Of a stretch of DNA of 57,969 nucleotides, positions 25,056 to 33,414 are shown one piece after another (the stretch's first letter is position 1; every line of letters begins with the position of its first letter). A program made the position numbers and the translations under genes. Origin of the DNA: a virus; the IMG/VR virus record IMGVR_UViG_3300027740_000002, positions 1-57,969 of that record. One strand, written 5' to 3'. The notes below the pieces were generated by a model. It saw only the letters and a program-made list of their open reading frames with translations, did no database searches and had not been told where the DNA came from.

Positions 25056-25523
25056 TTAAGGCTTAACTGTACCCTTTAGACTCGCCTTGTAAGACTGCTT
25101 TGCTTCCCGGCGTCTTTTTTCGCTGCATTCGTCGCAGCATCTTCTACGTGGTTCGATGAACCGCTTTTGGCAGTCTGGGCAGAGTCGGTTTCCGGTAATC
25201 GCTCCGGTTTTCATTCGGTATTCGTGAGCGCCGTCGGCCCATTCGGATTGGAGTTTTGCTTCGGTTCGGGAGTCTGTGTGTTCGGGCTTTCTGGGCAGGA
25301 TGCACTGCTCGAAGTGCTGGCAGCGTTTGATATTTCCGATCAACAGGCATGGCTGTCCTTCGACTCGAAATCGAACGAGGCTTCCGTTGTTCTTGATCGT
25401 GATTCCGAGGCAGCCTTGGTCGGAGTAGCAGTCGCATTGGGCTTTCGCCATTTGGTGAGGGTTCACAATTTTGTTGAAAAGAGTCACCCTGTCGTTGCTG
25501 TCGAAGTTGTGAAGCCGTGACAA
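25056..25523 (-). CDS. Cys-rich protein with a C-terminal zinc-ribbon and basic tail (possible regulator)
   Basis: 155 aa. Contains CDCYSDQGC...CPDCQKRF...CCDECSEKRRRE. Confidence 0.5.
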   Translation of the reverse strand: MSRLHNFDSNDRVTLFNKIVNPHQMAKAQCDCYSDQGCLGITIKNNGSLVRFRVEGQPCLLIGNIKRCQHFEQCILPRKPEHTDSRTEAKLQSEWADGAHEYRMKTGAITGNRLCPDCQKRFIEPRRRCCDECSEKRRREAKQSYKASLKGTVKP

Positions 25524-25529
25524 CCCGTT

Positions 25530-25745
25530 TCAGGGTGACTCGAAAGATTGACCGGCTTCACGAGGCTGATCGTCTCGCGGTGCGGTTTTCGAGTCAACGG
25601 TTTTTGTCCTTGTCCAAAACTTTGAACGAGATGGAGCGAAGCGATCTGGCGTGACCTGCAACCGAGGCTCCGCTGCTTCTGTTTTTGTGTTTGTAGTTGC
25701 CTCTGCCTCTGAGAGCGTTAGGACGTTAGGTTTTGTAACAATCAC
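25530..25745 (-). CDS. Hypothetical protein
   Basis: 71-aa low-complexity ORF. Its first codons overlap two CGTTAGG repeats. Confidence 0.35.
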   Translation of the reverse strand: MIVTKPNVLTLSEAEATTNTKTEAAEPRLQVTPDRFAPSRSKFWTRTKTVDSKTAPRDDQPREAGQSFESP

Positions 25746-25785
25746 GATTTCTAACGGACACTAACGGAATATCGTTAGTCTAACG
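25716..25785. promoter_or_regulatory. Operator-like cluster: six copies of CCTAACG/CGTTAGG
   Basis: CGTTAGG at 25716 and 25724, CTAACGG at 25751 and 25761, CGTTAG at 25773, CTAACG at 25780. Lies immediately upstream of the promoter. Confidence 0.6.
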
Positions 25786-25794
25786 AAATAAGTA

Positions 25795-25822
25795 TTGACG
25801 GTTGGTTTTTGGTCTGTAATAT
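25795..25822 (+). promoter_or_regulatory. Sigma70-like promoter of the replication block
   Basis: TTGACG, a 16-nt spacer, TAATAT. ATG 25830 begins 8 nt after the -10 element. Confidence 0.6.
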
Positions 25823-25829
25823 CGCTCCA

Positions 25830-26030
25830 ATGATCCAGAAAATAACCAACAAATACGGGCTTAAAGGCAAGATTTGTCCATTTTGTCATACGCCCGTAAA
25901 AGTCGGTGATTTTTTATGGTCAACGGTAAGTTCAAATCAGGTTTTCGTCTGCGAGTCGTGTCTGTCGCGGGGTTTGAAAATACTTCTGGGAGTCTATCTC
26001 AACCTGTCTCAAAGAAAGGAGTCGAACTGA
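25830..26030 (+). CDS. Small zinc-ribbon protein
   Basis: ATG 25830. Contains CPFCHT...CESC. Confidence 0.45.
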   Translation: MIQKITNKYGLKGKICPFCHTPVKVGDFLWSTVSSNQVFVCESCLSRGLKILLGVYLNLSQRKESN

Positions 26031-26031
26031 A

Positions 26032-26736
26032 ATGTACGGTAAATTGTTTGAAAGAATGTACACGGGATCAATGATGGGATCGGGGGCCATGATGTTTGCG
26101 GTCTGGCCCTACATAATCGCCCACATGAAACCAAACCGGGATCGGACGGTTTTCACGGTGGAATTGAACGCGGCGCTAATGGCGGTTTTGATCGGGGAGG
26201 ACGAGGCGGAAATCGCCGACATTATCAAGCAGTGCTGTGAGCCTGATTTGAAGTCCAGGACACCAGACAAAGAGGGCAGGAAGTTGATAAAGTTAAGCGA
26301 GTATCTTTACGAAGTCGTGAACGGAAATGTTTACGATCAAATCAGGCGGGCCGAGGATTTGAAGGAAGGCAACCGGCGCCGCCAAGCCAAGTTCTACCAA
26401 AAGAAAACCTCCGAAAATGGAGCGCCTGAACCGGCCACTCCGCCCCCCGAAAAACCCGCAACCTTCCCCACAAATATCGACACTGAATCCTTTTCCGAAG
26501 CTTGGAACAAATGGCTCGGACACCTGAAACAAAAACGCAAACCCGCGACCGCCCACGCCCAAGAACTTCAACTCAAAAAGCTCGCCAACATGGGGGAGAA
26601 AAGGGCGATTCAGACCTTGTATCACTGTATCGAGAAAGGCTGGCAGGGGATTTACGAGCCGGGCGAAAACTCCAACCACGAAACATCCCCCTCCCAACTT
26701 TCCGACGCCGAATTAGTCCGGCAGGCACAGCTTTAA
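26032..26736 (+). CDS. Putative replication initiator / replisome-organizer-like protein
   Basis: 234 aa, immediately upstream of dnaB. The C-terminal F..AW..W......K...IEKGWQGIYEP resembles DnaD/organizer C-domains. Confidence 0.45.
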   Translation: MYGKLFERMYTGSMMGSGAMMFAVWPYIIAHMKPNRDRTVFTVELNAALMAVLIGEDEAEIADIIKQCCEPDLKSRTPDKEGRKLIKLSEYLYEVVNGNVYDQIRRAEDLKEGNRRRQAKFYQKKTSENGAPEPATPPPEKPATFPTNIDTESFSEAWNKWLGHLKQKRKPATAHAQELQLKKLANMGEKRAIQTLYHCIEKGWQGIYEPGENSNHETSPSQLSDAELVRQAQL

Positions 26737-26749
26737 TCGGGACTCCAAA

Positions 26750-28072
26750 ATGGCAAAACCCCGACCGTCTCCCGACCGTCTGCCACCGCACTCCGACGAG
26801 GCTGAGGCGGGCGTTTTGGGTTGCATCCTGATCGACCCAATCGCCTGTCTGGACATCTGCGCGGAAACCATGAAGGCGGGCGAGGCTGTGTTCTACGCAC
26901 CGCAAAACGGAATAATTTACCGGGCGATGGTGGCGCTGCAAGACGACCTTTCAGATATTGACCCGATCACGATTCACGAGAAGTTGAAGGGGTGGGGGAA
27001 ATCGGCTGAGGTTGGAGGATTGGAAACAATCTTGAAACTCCAAAACGAGGCGGTGTCGGCAGCCGCCATCCCGAGCTACATCGAAATCCTCAACAAAAAG
27101 TTTCAGCTTCGGAATCTGCTCAAGGCGTGTACGTCCGCGACCGAACAAATTTTTGAATGCAGCGGCGAAGTGGATTCCATCATCAGCTACGTCGAGCGGA
27201 ATATATTGTCAGTCGAAAAGAATGGAGTGAAGCCGACATTGGATTCTGTGGCGGCAGGGAATCGCATGATTGACGACCTGGAGCGCCGGATGAATCTAAA
27301 TGGGAAACTTTCTGGACTTGATACCGGGTTTTCAAAACTCAACTACATGACCCAAGGTATCCAGTACGGCGAGCAGATGATTGTAGGAGCGCGGCCCTCC
27401 CAAGGCAAAACCGCACTCGGTCTGACGATCTTGACACACGCTGGATTCTCGGGAGTGCCATGTCTTTTCGTATCCCTAGAAATGTCAATCGAAGCCGTCA
27501 TGCGCCGAATGTGTTCGTTCAAAACAAGAGTGCCACTGAAAATAATTCGGGAGGGAACTTACGACGATGGGGCAATGGCTAAGTTCGCAATTTTCAGAGG
27601 CCAGTTAAACAAGGTGCCAATCTTTTTCGCCGACGGCGTGGACGGCTACGGCATCCGCGAGATCGCCAGCAGGATCAACCGCATGGTTTTGAAGCACGGT
27701 ATCCGACTGGTCGTGATTGACTACCTGCAAAAAATAAAAGCCTCGGAAAAACAGGAGAAGCGAACGTACGAAGTCGCGGAAGTCAGCCAAAGATTGAAGG
27801 CGCTGGCTCACAACAACAACGTGGCGATGATAACGCTGGCCCAACTCAACCGCGATAACGTGAAGGGAGAAAAAAAAGAGGCTCGCGCTCCCCGGCTGTC
27901 TGACCTTGCCGACTCAGGACAGATTGAGCGCGATGCCGACGTGGTGGGATTGATTCACCGGGAAGGCAATAACGCGAAGCTGATAATTGCCAAGCAGCGC
28001 GACGGGGAAGTGGGAAGCATTCCGCTTTATTTTGACGCGACTTACGCTCAGTTCATTTCAATGGAGGAATAA
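26750..28072 (+). CDS. dnaB: DnaB-family replicative helicase
   Basis: 440 aa. LPPHSDEAEAGVLGCILIDP N-domain, Walker A GARPSQGKTALGL, VVIDYLQ and LAQLNRD. Confidence 0.9.
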   Translation: MAKPRPSPDRLPPHSDEAEAGVLGCILIDPIACLDICAETMKAGEAVFYAPQNGIIYRAMVALQDDLSDIDPITIHEKLKGWGKSAEVGGLETILKLQNEAVSAAAIPSYIEILNKKFQLRNLLKACTSATEQIFECSGEVDSIISYVERNILSVEKNGVKPTLDSVAAGNRMIDDLERRMNLNGKLSGLDTGFSKLNYMTQGIQYGEQMIVGARPSQGKTALGLTILTHAGFSGVPCLFVSLEMSIEAVMRRMCSFKTRVPLKIIREGTYDDGAMAKFAIFRGQLNKVPIFFADGVDGYGIREIASRINRMVLKHGIRLVVIDYLQKIKASEKQEKRTYEVAEVSQRLKALAHNNNVAMITLAQLNRDNVKGEKKEARAPRLSDLADSGQIERDADVVGLIHREGNNAKLIIAKQRDGEVGSIPLYFDATYAQFISMEE

Positions 28073-28111
28073 TAAACCAAAAAACAAAAACAATGAAAGC
28101 ATACCAGAAAG

Positions 28112-28294
28112 TCAGGGCGACTTCCTTTTCCATTTCCGAGTATGCACACTTCCGCGCTGCCTCGGTTGTCCATGCGTCGTCAATCCCGCCTCAAGATTCT
28201 TGATCTTGTATTTGTTCTTCTGAAAATCCTTGGGCAGTTCGGGCTGGACGCTCACGACGAAGCGAGCGAAGGCGGGGTTGATGGGTGGGGTCAT
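28112..28294 (-). CDS. Small basic hypothetical protein
   Basis: 60-aa ORF. Confidence 0.35.
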   Translation of the reverse strand: MTPPINPAFARFVVSVQPELPKDFQKNKYKIKNLEAGLTTHGQPRQRGSVHTRKWKRKSP

Positions 28295-28491
28295 TTGAGT
28301 TTGGTTTCCAGAGCGTAGAAAATATCCTCCTCGGCAAGCTCCCAGCCGCGCCGCATCAAAAACCCGCTGATGGCGGTCCTTGTTGCCGGATCGGGAACGG
28401 CGGCGACGTACTCTGATTCGGTCATTGGCCAGACATCACGAGGCCACGGGCACATCGGCCACCAATCAGGTTTGTTGTTTTTCTCACTCAT
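28291..28491 (-). CDS. Hypothetical protein
   Basis: 66-aa Trp-rich ORF, ATGA-coupled. Confidence 0.45.
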   Translation of the reverse strand: MSEKNNKPDWWPMCPWPRDVWPMTESEYVAAVPDPATRTAISGFLMRRGWELAEEDIFYALETKLK

Positions 28492-28633
28492 GATAATTTT
28501 CTTAAATGCGCGTCTCCGAAACCCTCACCAACTCCGAATACGTCCCCCGCATCCTCGAACTCGAAGCGCAGGGCGCGGGTTTATTTTACGGTGAAGGTGT
28601 TGAATCACAGCAGCGGCTACGAAATTGCGTACG

Positions 28634-28864
28634 CTATCCATAAATGTCCCGCCAATCCCCGTGCTGAGGAGGAGCTTTGTAATTTGGATCGTGCTGAATT
28701 GCAATCAGCCTTTCCGTTTGGCGACGACACTCCTCGCTAACCCATTTCATTGTCGCGTCCTGACCGGCCTTGAAAATTTCTGCGTCACGCTTCTCTATCA
28801 GCGGCAATCGCTGCTCCGCCGGAGTTGAGTTCAATTCCAGCATAAAATCTTGTGAGCTTTTCAT
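28634..28864 (-). CDS. Hypothetical protein
   Basis: 76-aa ORF. Confidence 0.45.
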   Translation of the reverse strand: MKSSQDFMLELNSTPAEQRLPLIEKRDAEIFKAGQDATMKWVSEECRRQTERLIAIQHDPNYKAPPQHGDWRDIYG

Positions 28865-29229
28865 AAAAACTCCTCCGGCAGCACACAGTTCTTTGGCGCA
28901 TCTTTGAACATTGGGGCGATGTCCTTGGGGGAGTACCCGGCCAAGTCAGTACCTACGGCGGTAACGAGGAATGTCGTCTCGGGATGTTTCTCGGCGTAAT
29001 TGATAAACCAGTCAACATGCGCGTGGATTTGATCCAGCGGCAGGACTTTTAGCTGATGGTCTTTCGTGGGGATCGCGTAGGAGTTTCCGGTGGGGCCGAA
29101 GCCGACACCGTAAACCGCGCCCCAATTTTTAGCCGCCGCAAGCGCCGCGCCACGGCCATGCCTTCCCGCTAAATTGCTTCCGAAAACAAACACATGATTT
29201 CCGTCGTTCATTTCTTTCGTGTAGGTCAT
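28861..29229 (-). CDS. Conserved phage protein (FGSNLAGRHGRGAA motif family), function unknown
   Basis: 122 aa. FVFGSNLAGRHGRGAALAAAKNWGAVYGVGFGPTGNSYAIPTK is a recurrent phage family. The fold assignment is not verifiable here. Confidence 0.5.
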   Translation of the reverse strand: MTYTKEMNDGNHVFVFGSNLAGRHGRGAALAAAKNWGAVYGVGFGPTGNSYAIPTKDHQLKVLPLDQIHAHVDWFINYAEKHPETTFLVTAVGTDLAGYSPKDIAPMFKDAPKNCVLPEEFL

Positions 29230-29666
29230 AGCTGCTGTCTCCCATATTCCAGAATCAAAAGCGCGTCAGCAGTTTTCAATGTGACATCACACGTCGGAAA
29301 AAGCTGTTGGGCCTTCGCCTTCAAATGGGACTTCCAAGCGTTGCCGTGATCTTTCTTTTTACCAAGCGCCAACGTCTTTTGCCAAGCGGCAGGCCGAACC
29401 TCAATCACGCGAAACGACAGCGCGGCGAGGCACCCCTGAATCTGCCCGAACGATTGACCGAACGAAAACATAGCGCCCGCGCCCGCCATCGGAATGAATC
29501 CAACCACTTGCTCAAGATAGCAGTGCCAGTAACCGTTCGCGGAAAGCTCGCGCAGCTTTGTCACAAGGTCGCCCAATGTGGCTGGCATTGGAATAGCGGT
29601 GGTCACTTCGCCATCAGTGAAGGCAATTCCGCCGTTGCATCCGGGATCAATCGCGATTTTTTTCAT
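29226..29666 (-). CDS. RuvC-like Holliday junction resolvase
   Basis: 146 aa. IAIDPGCNGGIA, YLEQV, PAAWQK and KTADALLILEY match the phage RuvC pattern. Confidence 0.7.
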   Translation of the reverse strand: MKKIAIDPGCNGGIAFTDGEVTTAIPMPATLGDLVTKLRELSANGYWHCYLEQVVGFIPMAGAGAMFSFGQSFGQIQGCLAALSFRVIEVRPAAWQKTLALGKKKDHGNAWKSHLKAKAQQLFPTCDVTLKTADALLILEYGRQQL

Positions 29667-29885
29667 TCAATTTTTCTCATTCTCCTCATGCGCCCTGCAC
29701 ATCTCACACTTCCACTCAAACTCCCCCCGCTCGAAATTCATCTCGATGATGTCGTTGTGAAGATTGGATTCTTTCGAGACACCCACTGGCGCCGGCTGCT
29801 CGACAACACCCTGCGCCCGCGCCTTATCACACCGCGCCTGCATCGCTAAAAATTCTGCTTGGGAGATTCTCATTAGTTCTTCCAT
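29667..29885 (-). CDS. Small protein ending in the duplicated NFERGEFExKCEMCRAHEENEK module
   Basis: 72 aa (alternative ATG at 29873). The C-terminus is encoded by the 71-bp repeat. Confidence 0.5.
   Translation of the reverse strand: MEELMRISQAEFLAMQARCDKARAQGVVEQPAPVGVSKESNLHNDIIEMNFERGEFEWKCEMCRAHEENEKN
29671..29741. repeat. 71-bp direct repeat, copy A
   Basis: 69 of 71 positions identical to 30230-30300. Confidence 0.9.
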
Positions 29886-30226
29886 TTTCCCGTTGCGCGA
29901 AGGAGTGCTTCACAGAGTTCGGCTGGAGTGGCTGTTAAAGTTTTGGCAAACGAGTCTGCTGCCATATTCCAACCTTCATACCAATCCTCGCCATAGCCCA
30001 GGGCCTCGGCCAACCATTCTCCGAATAGCATTTTTTCGGATTCTGAATGCTTTTGAATCAGCGGAATTATGGCATCGTATGAAGTTAGGTATGCTGGCAC
30101 ACCCTGATACTTCATAAGCCCGCATGGCGGGTAGCCAACGAGTTGACCGTCGAGCCTGCCGGATTCATGGACGTTTAGCCATCCGTCCAAGTCGGCCAGC
30201 GCCTTAACTTGATCTTCGGGTTTCAT
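29873..30226 (-). CDS. Hypothetical protein, ABA-sandwich-like
   Basis: 117 aa. Contains LDGWLNV...SYDAIIPLIQK...ATPAELCEALLRATGKW. Confidence 0.45.
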   Translation of the reverse strand: MKPEDQVKALADLDGWLNVHESGRLDGQLVGYPPCGLMKYQGVPAYLTSYDAIIPLIQKHSESEKMLFGEWLAEALGYGEDWYEGWNMAADSFAKTLTATPAELCEALLRATGKWKN

Positions 30227-30393
30227 ATTTTTTTCTCATTCTCCTCATGCGCCCTGCACATCTCACACTTGCGCTCAAACTCCCCCCGCTCGAAATTCAT
30301 ATCGGGGTAAAACGGCGTCTGGCAATCCTCACATTCGGCGGGTTCTTGCTCGAAAGATTCATCAGGGCGGGGTGGGGCAAAGCGGGAAGTCAT
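30223..30393 (-). CDS. Small protein ending in the duplicated NFERGEFExKCEMCRAHEENEK module
   Basis: ATG 30393 is ATGA-coupled to the upstream ORF; 56 aa. Contains CEDC plus the repeat-encoded tail. Confidence 0.5.
   Translation of the reverse strand: MTSRFAPPRPDESFEQEPAECEDCQTPFYPDMNFERGEFERKCEMCRAHEENEKKI
30230..30300. repeat. 71-bp direct repeat, copy B
   Basis: 69 of 71 positions identical to 29671-29741. Confidence 0.9.
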
Positions 30394-30866
30394 AGCTGTC
30401 CTTCTTTGAGATGCTTCACCACTTCCAAAATCACATGCGGTTTCGGATCGCATTTAAGAATCTCGCTCAAGTCTTTGACGAGGCAATCAAACCAGCAGGA
30501 GTTGTTGGAGGCAACTTGTTCGGCGGCGTGAAGTTTGTCCTTCATGTCAGCCACAAGCTGCTTTAGCACTTCAAACGAATCATCCTCGCCTTCGTTTCCG
30601 GTCAATTCAAAAACAAGTCCGTCCCAAGAGAGAATTCGTCCCGCTAAATCATCGCGCTCTTTGAGCAACTCCCGATAGTTTTCAGGATGATCTTCAAGCA
30701 GGCGCACAAGCTCTTTTGACTCGATCAACTCGCGTTCAAGATTGCTCGCAAAATACCTCCACTCAGCATTTGAATGATGGCAGATTTCAACTCCATCTCC
30801 AACGTTGGGCTTGGAAAATCCGAAGGCAAATTTATCTGTTAGCGGAGTCGCCGTTTCAGGGTTCAT
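30390..30866 (-). CDS. Hypothetical protein
   Basis: 158-aa ORF. Confidence 0.55.
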   Translation of the reverse strand: MNPETATPLTDKFAFGFSKPNVGDGVEICHHSNAEWRYFASNLERELIESKELVRLLEDHPENYRELLKERDDLAGRILSWDGLVFELTGNEGEDDSFEVLKQLVADMKDKLHAAEQVASNNSCWFDCLVKDLSEILKCDPKPHVILEVVKHLKEGQL

Positions 30867-31093
30867 ATAAAAGACTCCAACAGTGATCCAGGGGCTTCGG
30901 CTGTGAAGCTAGAAGGATAAGCTTCGCCGTCTTTTGCGTCTATTTTAAGGCGGTGGAGTCCATCGGAAAAAGATATAACGGTTCCAGAACACCCACTCCA
31001 AAGGTGGGGGCGTAAAATAATCACGCTCTCCCCGTCCGCAAACTTTCGCGGTTCGACATTCTTGGTTTCCGGCTTTCGTTTCACTCCCACCAT
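30863..31093 (-). CDS. Hypothetical protein
   Basis: 76-aa ORF, first gene of this - block. Confidence 0.45.
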   Translation of the reverse strand: MVGVKRKPETKNVEPRKFADGESVIILRPHLWSGCSGTVISFSDGLHRLKIDAKDGEAYPSSFTAEAPGSLLESFI

Positions 31094-31165
31094 CCTATCG
31101 AATGAAAATAAAAGTTCAAGAAATATCTTGAAGTATTGTGACGGGGTGGTAGAAGTGGGGGCGTA

Positions 31166-31609
31166 ATGTTTCTTAAAAACTACACCAGTGAAGTGCCGGT
31201 TCAGAAAACCATTTCCAGAATCGAGCAGCTTTTGGCGGAGTCGGGAGCTTCAAATGTCAGCAAGGACTACAAGGATGGAAAGATCGTAAGCCTGATGTTC
31301 ACGGTCGAACTCAACGGGCGCTTCATTAACTTCAAAATGCCAGCGGACTCCGGCAAGATTTTCGAGGCGATGTGGAAAAAGGTTTCCCGGCCTCACAGCG
31401 GAACTCGAATTAAAATCGCCGAACAATCCGAGCGGACTGCATGGAAGTTATTGCAAGACTCGCTCGAAGTGGAATGCACCCGGCTCAAACTCCAGCAAAC
31501 GGAGTTCATGCAGGTCTTTCTTCCGTACGTTTGGGATGGCGAGAAAACTTTTTACGCCGCGCTCAAAGAATCAAACTTCAAAAAGCTGCTACCAGCATCA
31601 TCCGAATGA
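31166..31609 (+). CDS. Hypothetical protein
   Basis: 147-aa ORF. Confidence 0.55.
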   Translation: MFLKNYTSEVPVQKTISRIEQLLAESGASNVSKDYKDGKIVSLMFTVELNGRFINFKMPADSGKIFEAMWKKVSRPHSGTRIKIAEQSERTAWKLLQDSLEVECTRLKLQQTEFMQVFLPYVWDGEKTFYAALKESNFKKLLPASSE

Positions 31610-31797
31610 AAATCAGAGAGTGGCGTAACGATGCGTGGTGGCTTTGCCAAAAATACTGTTATCCTGGATCAATCCCGGTCGTCGAAAAAGCCTTGGCCCA
31701 CGGCTACCAACTTGGATTGAAAGACGCGACGGAGGAATATCGCAAGGCGATTGATCGCGAGGCTGAACGAAAACGGTTAAGCAATCAACAGAGATGA
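31606..31797 (+). CDS. Hypothetical protein
   Basis: ATG 31606 is ATGA-coupled; 63 aa. Confidence 0.45.
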   Translation: MKIREWRNDAWWLCQKYCYPGSIPVVEKALAHGYQLGLKDATEEYRKAIDREAERKRLSNQQR

Positions 31798-31800
31798 CTT

Positions 31801-31986
31801 ATGACCCGCGACGAACTGATTGAAGAATTGAAGAAGATTCCGACGAACGGAACAGTTTTGGTTCGGGTCGCGTATCAGGGGCGAGATGGATTTGGAATGA
31901 GGAGCGGAGTAAGGTTGAGTTTTGTTGGAATTGAACAAATAATTGCGTTTCCAAATCCGGTGATTTTAACCGAAGAAACGCGATGA
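31801..31986 (+). CDS. Hypothetical protein
   Basis: 61-aa ORF. Confidence 0.45.
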   Translation: MTRDELIEELKKIPTNGTVLVRVAYQGRDGFGMRSGVRLSFVGIEQIIAFPNPVILTEETR

Positions 31987-32246
31987 AGAAGTACACCCAT
32001 AGAAACCAAATCCTAACCGACATTGACCACGCTCACGCAAAAATCTCAATGGCTAAAATTGTCGCGCAAGAACATCTCGACGCCGAATCGCTTCTGACCG
32101 GCACGACCGACCTTTCGGGATTGCGCCTGCATCGCGAGGCTGCGGATAAACAATTTCGGAAGATCAAACGGCTGGAAAATGTCCGGCTGAAAAATCTGGG
32201 CGAGAAACTGGCGGAGATGGATACGGTACCGATGGAGGGAGTATGA
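31983..32246 (+). CDS. Hypothetical protein
   Basis: 87-aa ORF, ATGA-coupled. Confidence 0.5.
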   Translation: MKKYTHRNQILTDIDHAHAKISMAKIVAQEHLDAESLLTGTTDLSGLRLHREAADKQFRKIKRLENVRLKNLGEKLAEMDTVPMEGV

Positions 32247-32563
32247 CTGATCGCGAGGAAGAACTAGAGAGGGAAATGAACGAGGCCATAGAATACCTCA
32301 TGGCTATAAATGCCGTGCATGGAATCCGTGTTCCGCTGGAGAAAAAGATTTCACTTTTGGATGCCTTGATATTTATCAGGGGAAAATACGAGAAGAACTT
32401 TCTTGATTGGCAATTAAGCACCCATAGATGTTGCGAGCAGATTGGGAAAATTAACCAAAAGCTCTCTGATTCAAAGAGGGAGTGCCGACAACTTAAACGG
32501 CAACTAAAAAAGCTAATCAACCCACTACATACCTCGCCGGAGTCACATTCGTCACATTCTTAA
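32243..32563 (+). CDS. Hypothetical coiled-coil protein
   Basis: 106-aa ORF, ATGA-coupled. Confidence 0.5.
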   Translation: MTDREEELEREMNEAIEYLMAINAVHGIRVPLEKKISLLDALIFIRGKYEKNFLDWQLSTHRCCEQIGKINQKLSDSKRECRQLKRQLKKLINPLHTSPESHSSHS

Positions 32564-32798
32564 TCACGCCCAACTCAATCATGCGCTGAATGCGATGATG
32601 GGCCACGTCGGGCTTACAACCAGCGGCCACCCCCAAATCTGAGGCGGTAAATCCACGACCCCTCCGACGCTCGCCGCCTTTTCCCCGGCCACGTTTTTTA
32701 AGCGCAATCGCAGCCGCAAGCATTTCCGCCAGTTTCTTCGTCAAAGGCCGATGGCCTTTGCCGCCGCAACAACCGCATTTTACTTCTGGTTGACTCAT
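32517..32798 (-). CDS. Winged-helix DNA-binding protein with an N-terminal CGCCGG cluster
   Basis: 93 aa. FTASDLGVAAGCKPDVAHHRIQRMIELGVIKNV is wHTH-like. Confidence 0.5.
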   Translation of the reverse strand: MSQPEVKCGCCGGKGHRPLTKKLAEMLAAAIALKKRGRGKGGERRRGRGFTASDLGVAAGCKPDVAHHRIQRMIELGVIKNVTNVTPARYVVG

Positions 32799-32809
32799 TT
32801 AGTTCAAGA

Positions 32810-32837
32810 TTTTAGGGTTTGAAAGAAAAATGTCAAG
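32810..32837 (-). promoter_or_regulatory. Sigma70-like promoter for the 32798 gene
   Basis: Minus strand reads TTGACA, a 16-nt spacer, TAAAAT. ATG 32798 starts 12 nt after the -10 element. Confidence 0.6.
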
Positions 32838-33042
32838 AAGGGAAGTGGGCGCACTTCGGTTTACCCGGATTGAACATGGTCTTAGCACGCAATTCTGCTT
32901 GTTATCGAGTTTTCGGATGCGCTCACTCAAAAAGTGCGCTGGCGACATAGCCGTTAGACTTCACGTTTACCGCGACATAGCCGTCGCACGGTGGAGCCAT
33001 GCAGCGGGAGTATCCGTGCCAACCATGCAGCCATCGCAAAAA

Positions 33043-33270
33043 TCACATCTCCCTTTCCACCATCCAAGCCTTATACCGCTGCACAAACGCCTCGTAAGAT
33101 TCCTGCGCGTTGGATTTGGGAACGCCCCGGTCGTGCCCGTTAAGCTGGCACTGGCGATTGCCGCAATACATTGTAATCTCACGATTCTCCGACATGAGAA
33201 TGTGGGCGTACAGTGTGTGGTAACACGCGGGGCATTTTAGGGAGTGGGCGCTCATTAAATTTATTGCCAC
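33043..33270 (-). CDS. Zinc-ribbon protein
   Basis: 75 aa. Contains CPACYH...CGNRQC. Confidence 0.5.
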   Translation of the reverse strand: MAINLMSAHSLKCPACYHTLYAHILMSENREITMYCGNRQCQLNGHDRGVPKSNAQESYEAFVQRYKAWMVEREM

Positions 33271-33414
33271 TACTTTAGTCTAGTGGCCAGACCTGCATTT
33301 TGTTCACTCTCACCAGGCGATTCTCATTGATGTTACTATTTACTCCACATGATGCAGAACATGGCTGGATTCGCACCAGCAACTCCCGGTTGACATTGAT
33401 ACCCCTACTAAAAT

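Noticed and set aside
28506-28643. 45-aa + strand ORF (MRVSETLTNSEYVPRILELEAQG...) in a gap of a - strand block
   Set aside because: The sequence is protein-like, but the ORF is isolated on the opposite strand with no promoter or SD sequence. A 38-codon - strand alternative also exists, so the evidence is insufficient either way.
32830-33240. 136-aa + strand ORF and 32967-33182 (- strand)
   Set aside because: Both overlap the better-supported zinc-ribbon gene 33043-33270 and a promoter region. Their sequences are Arg/Cys/His-rich shadow-frame types.
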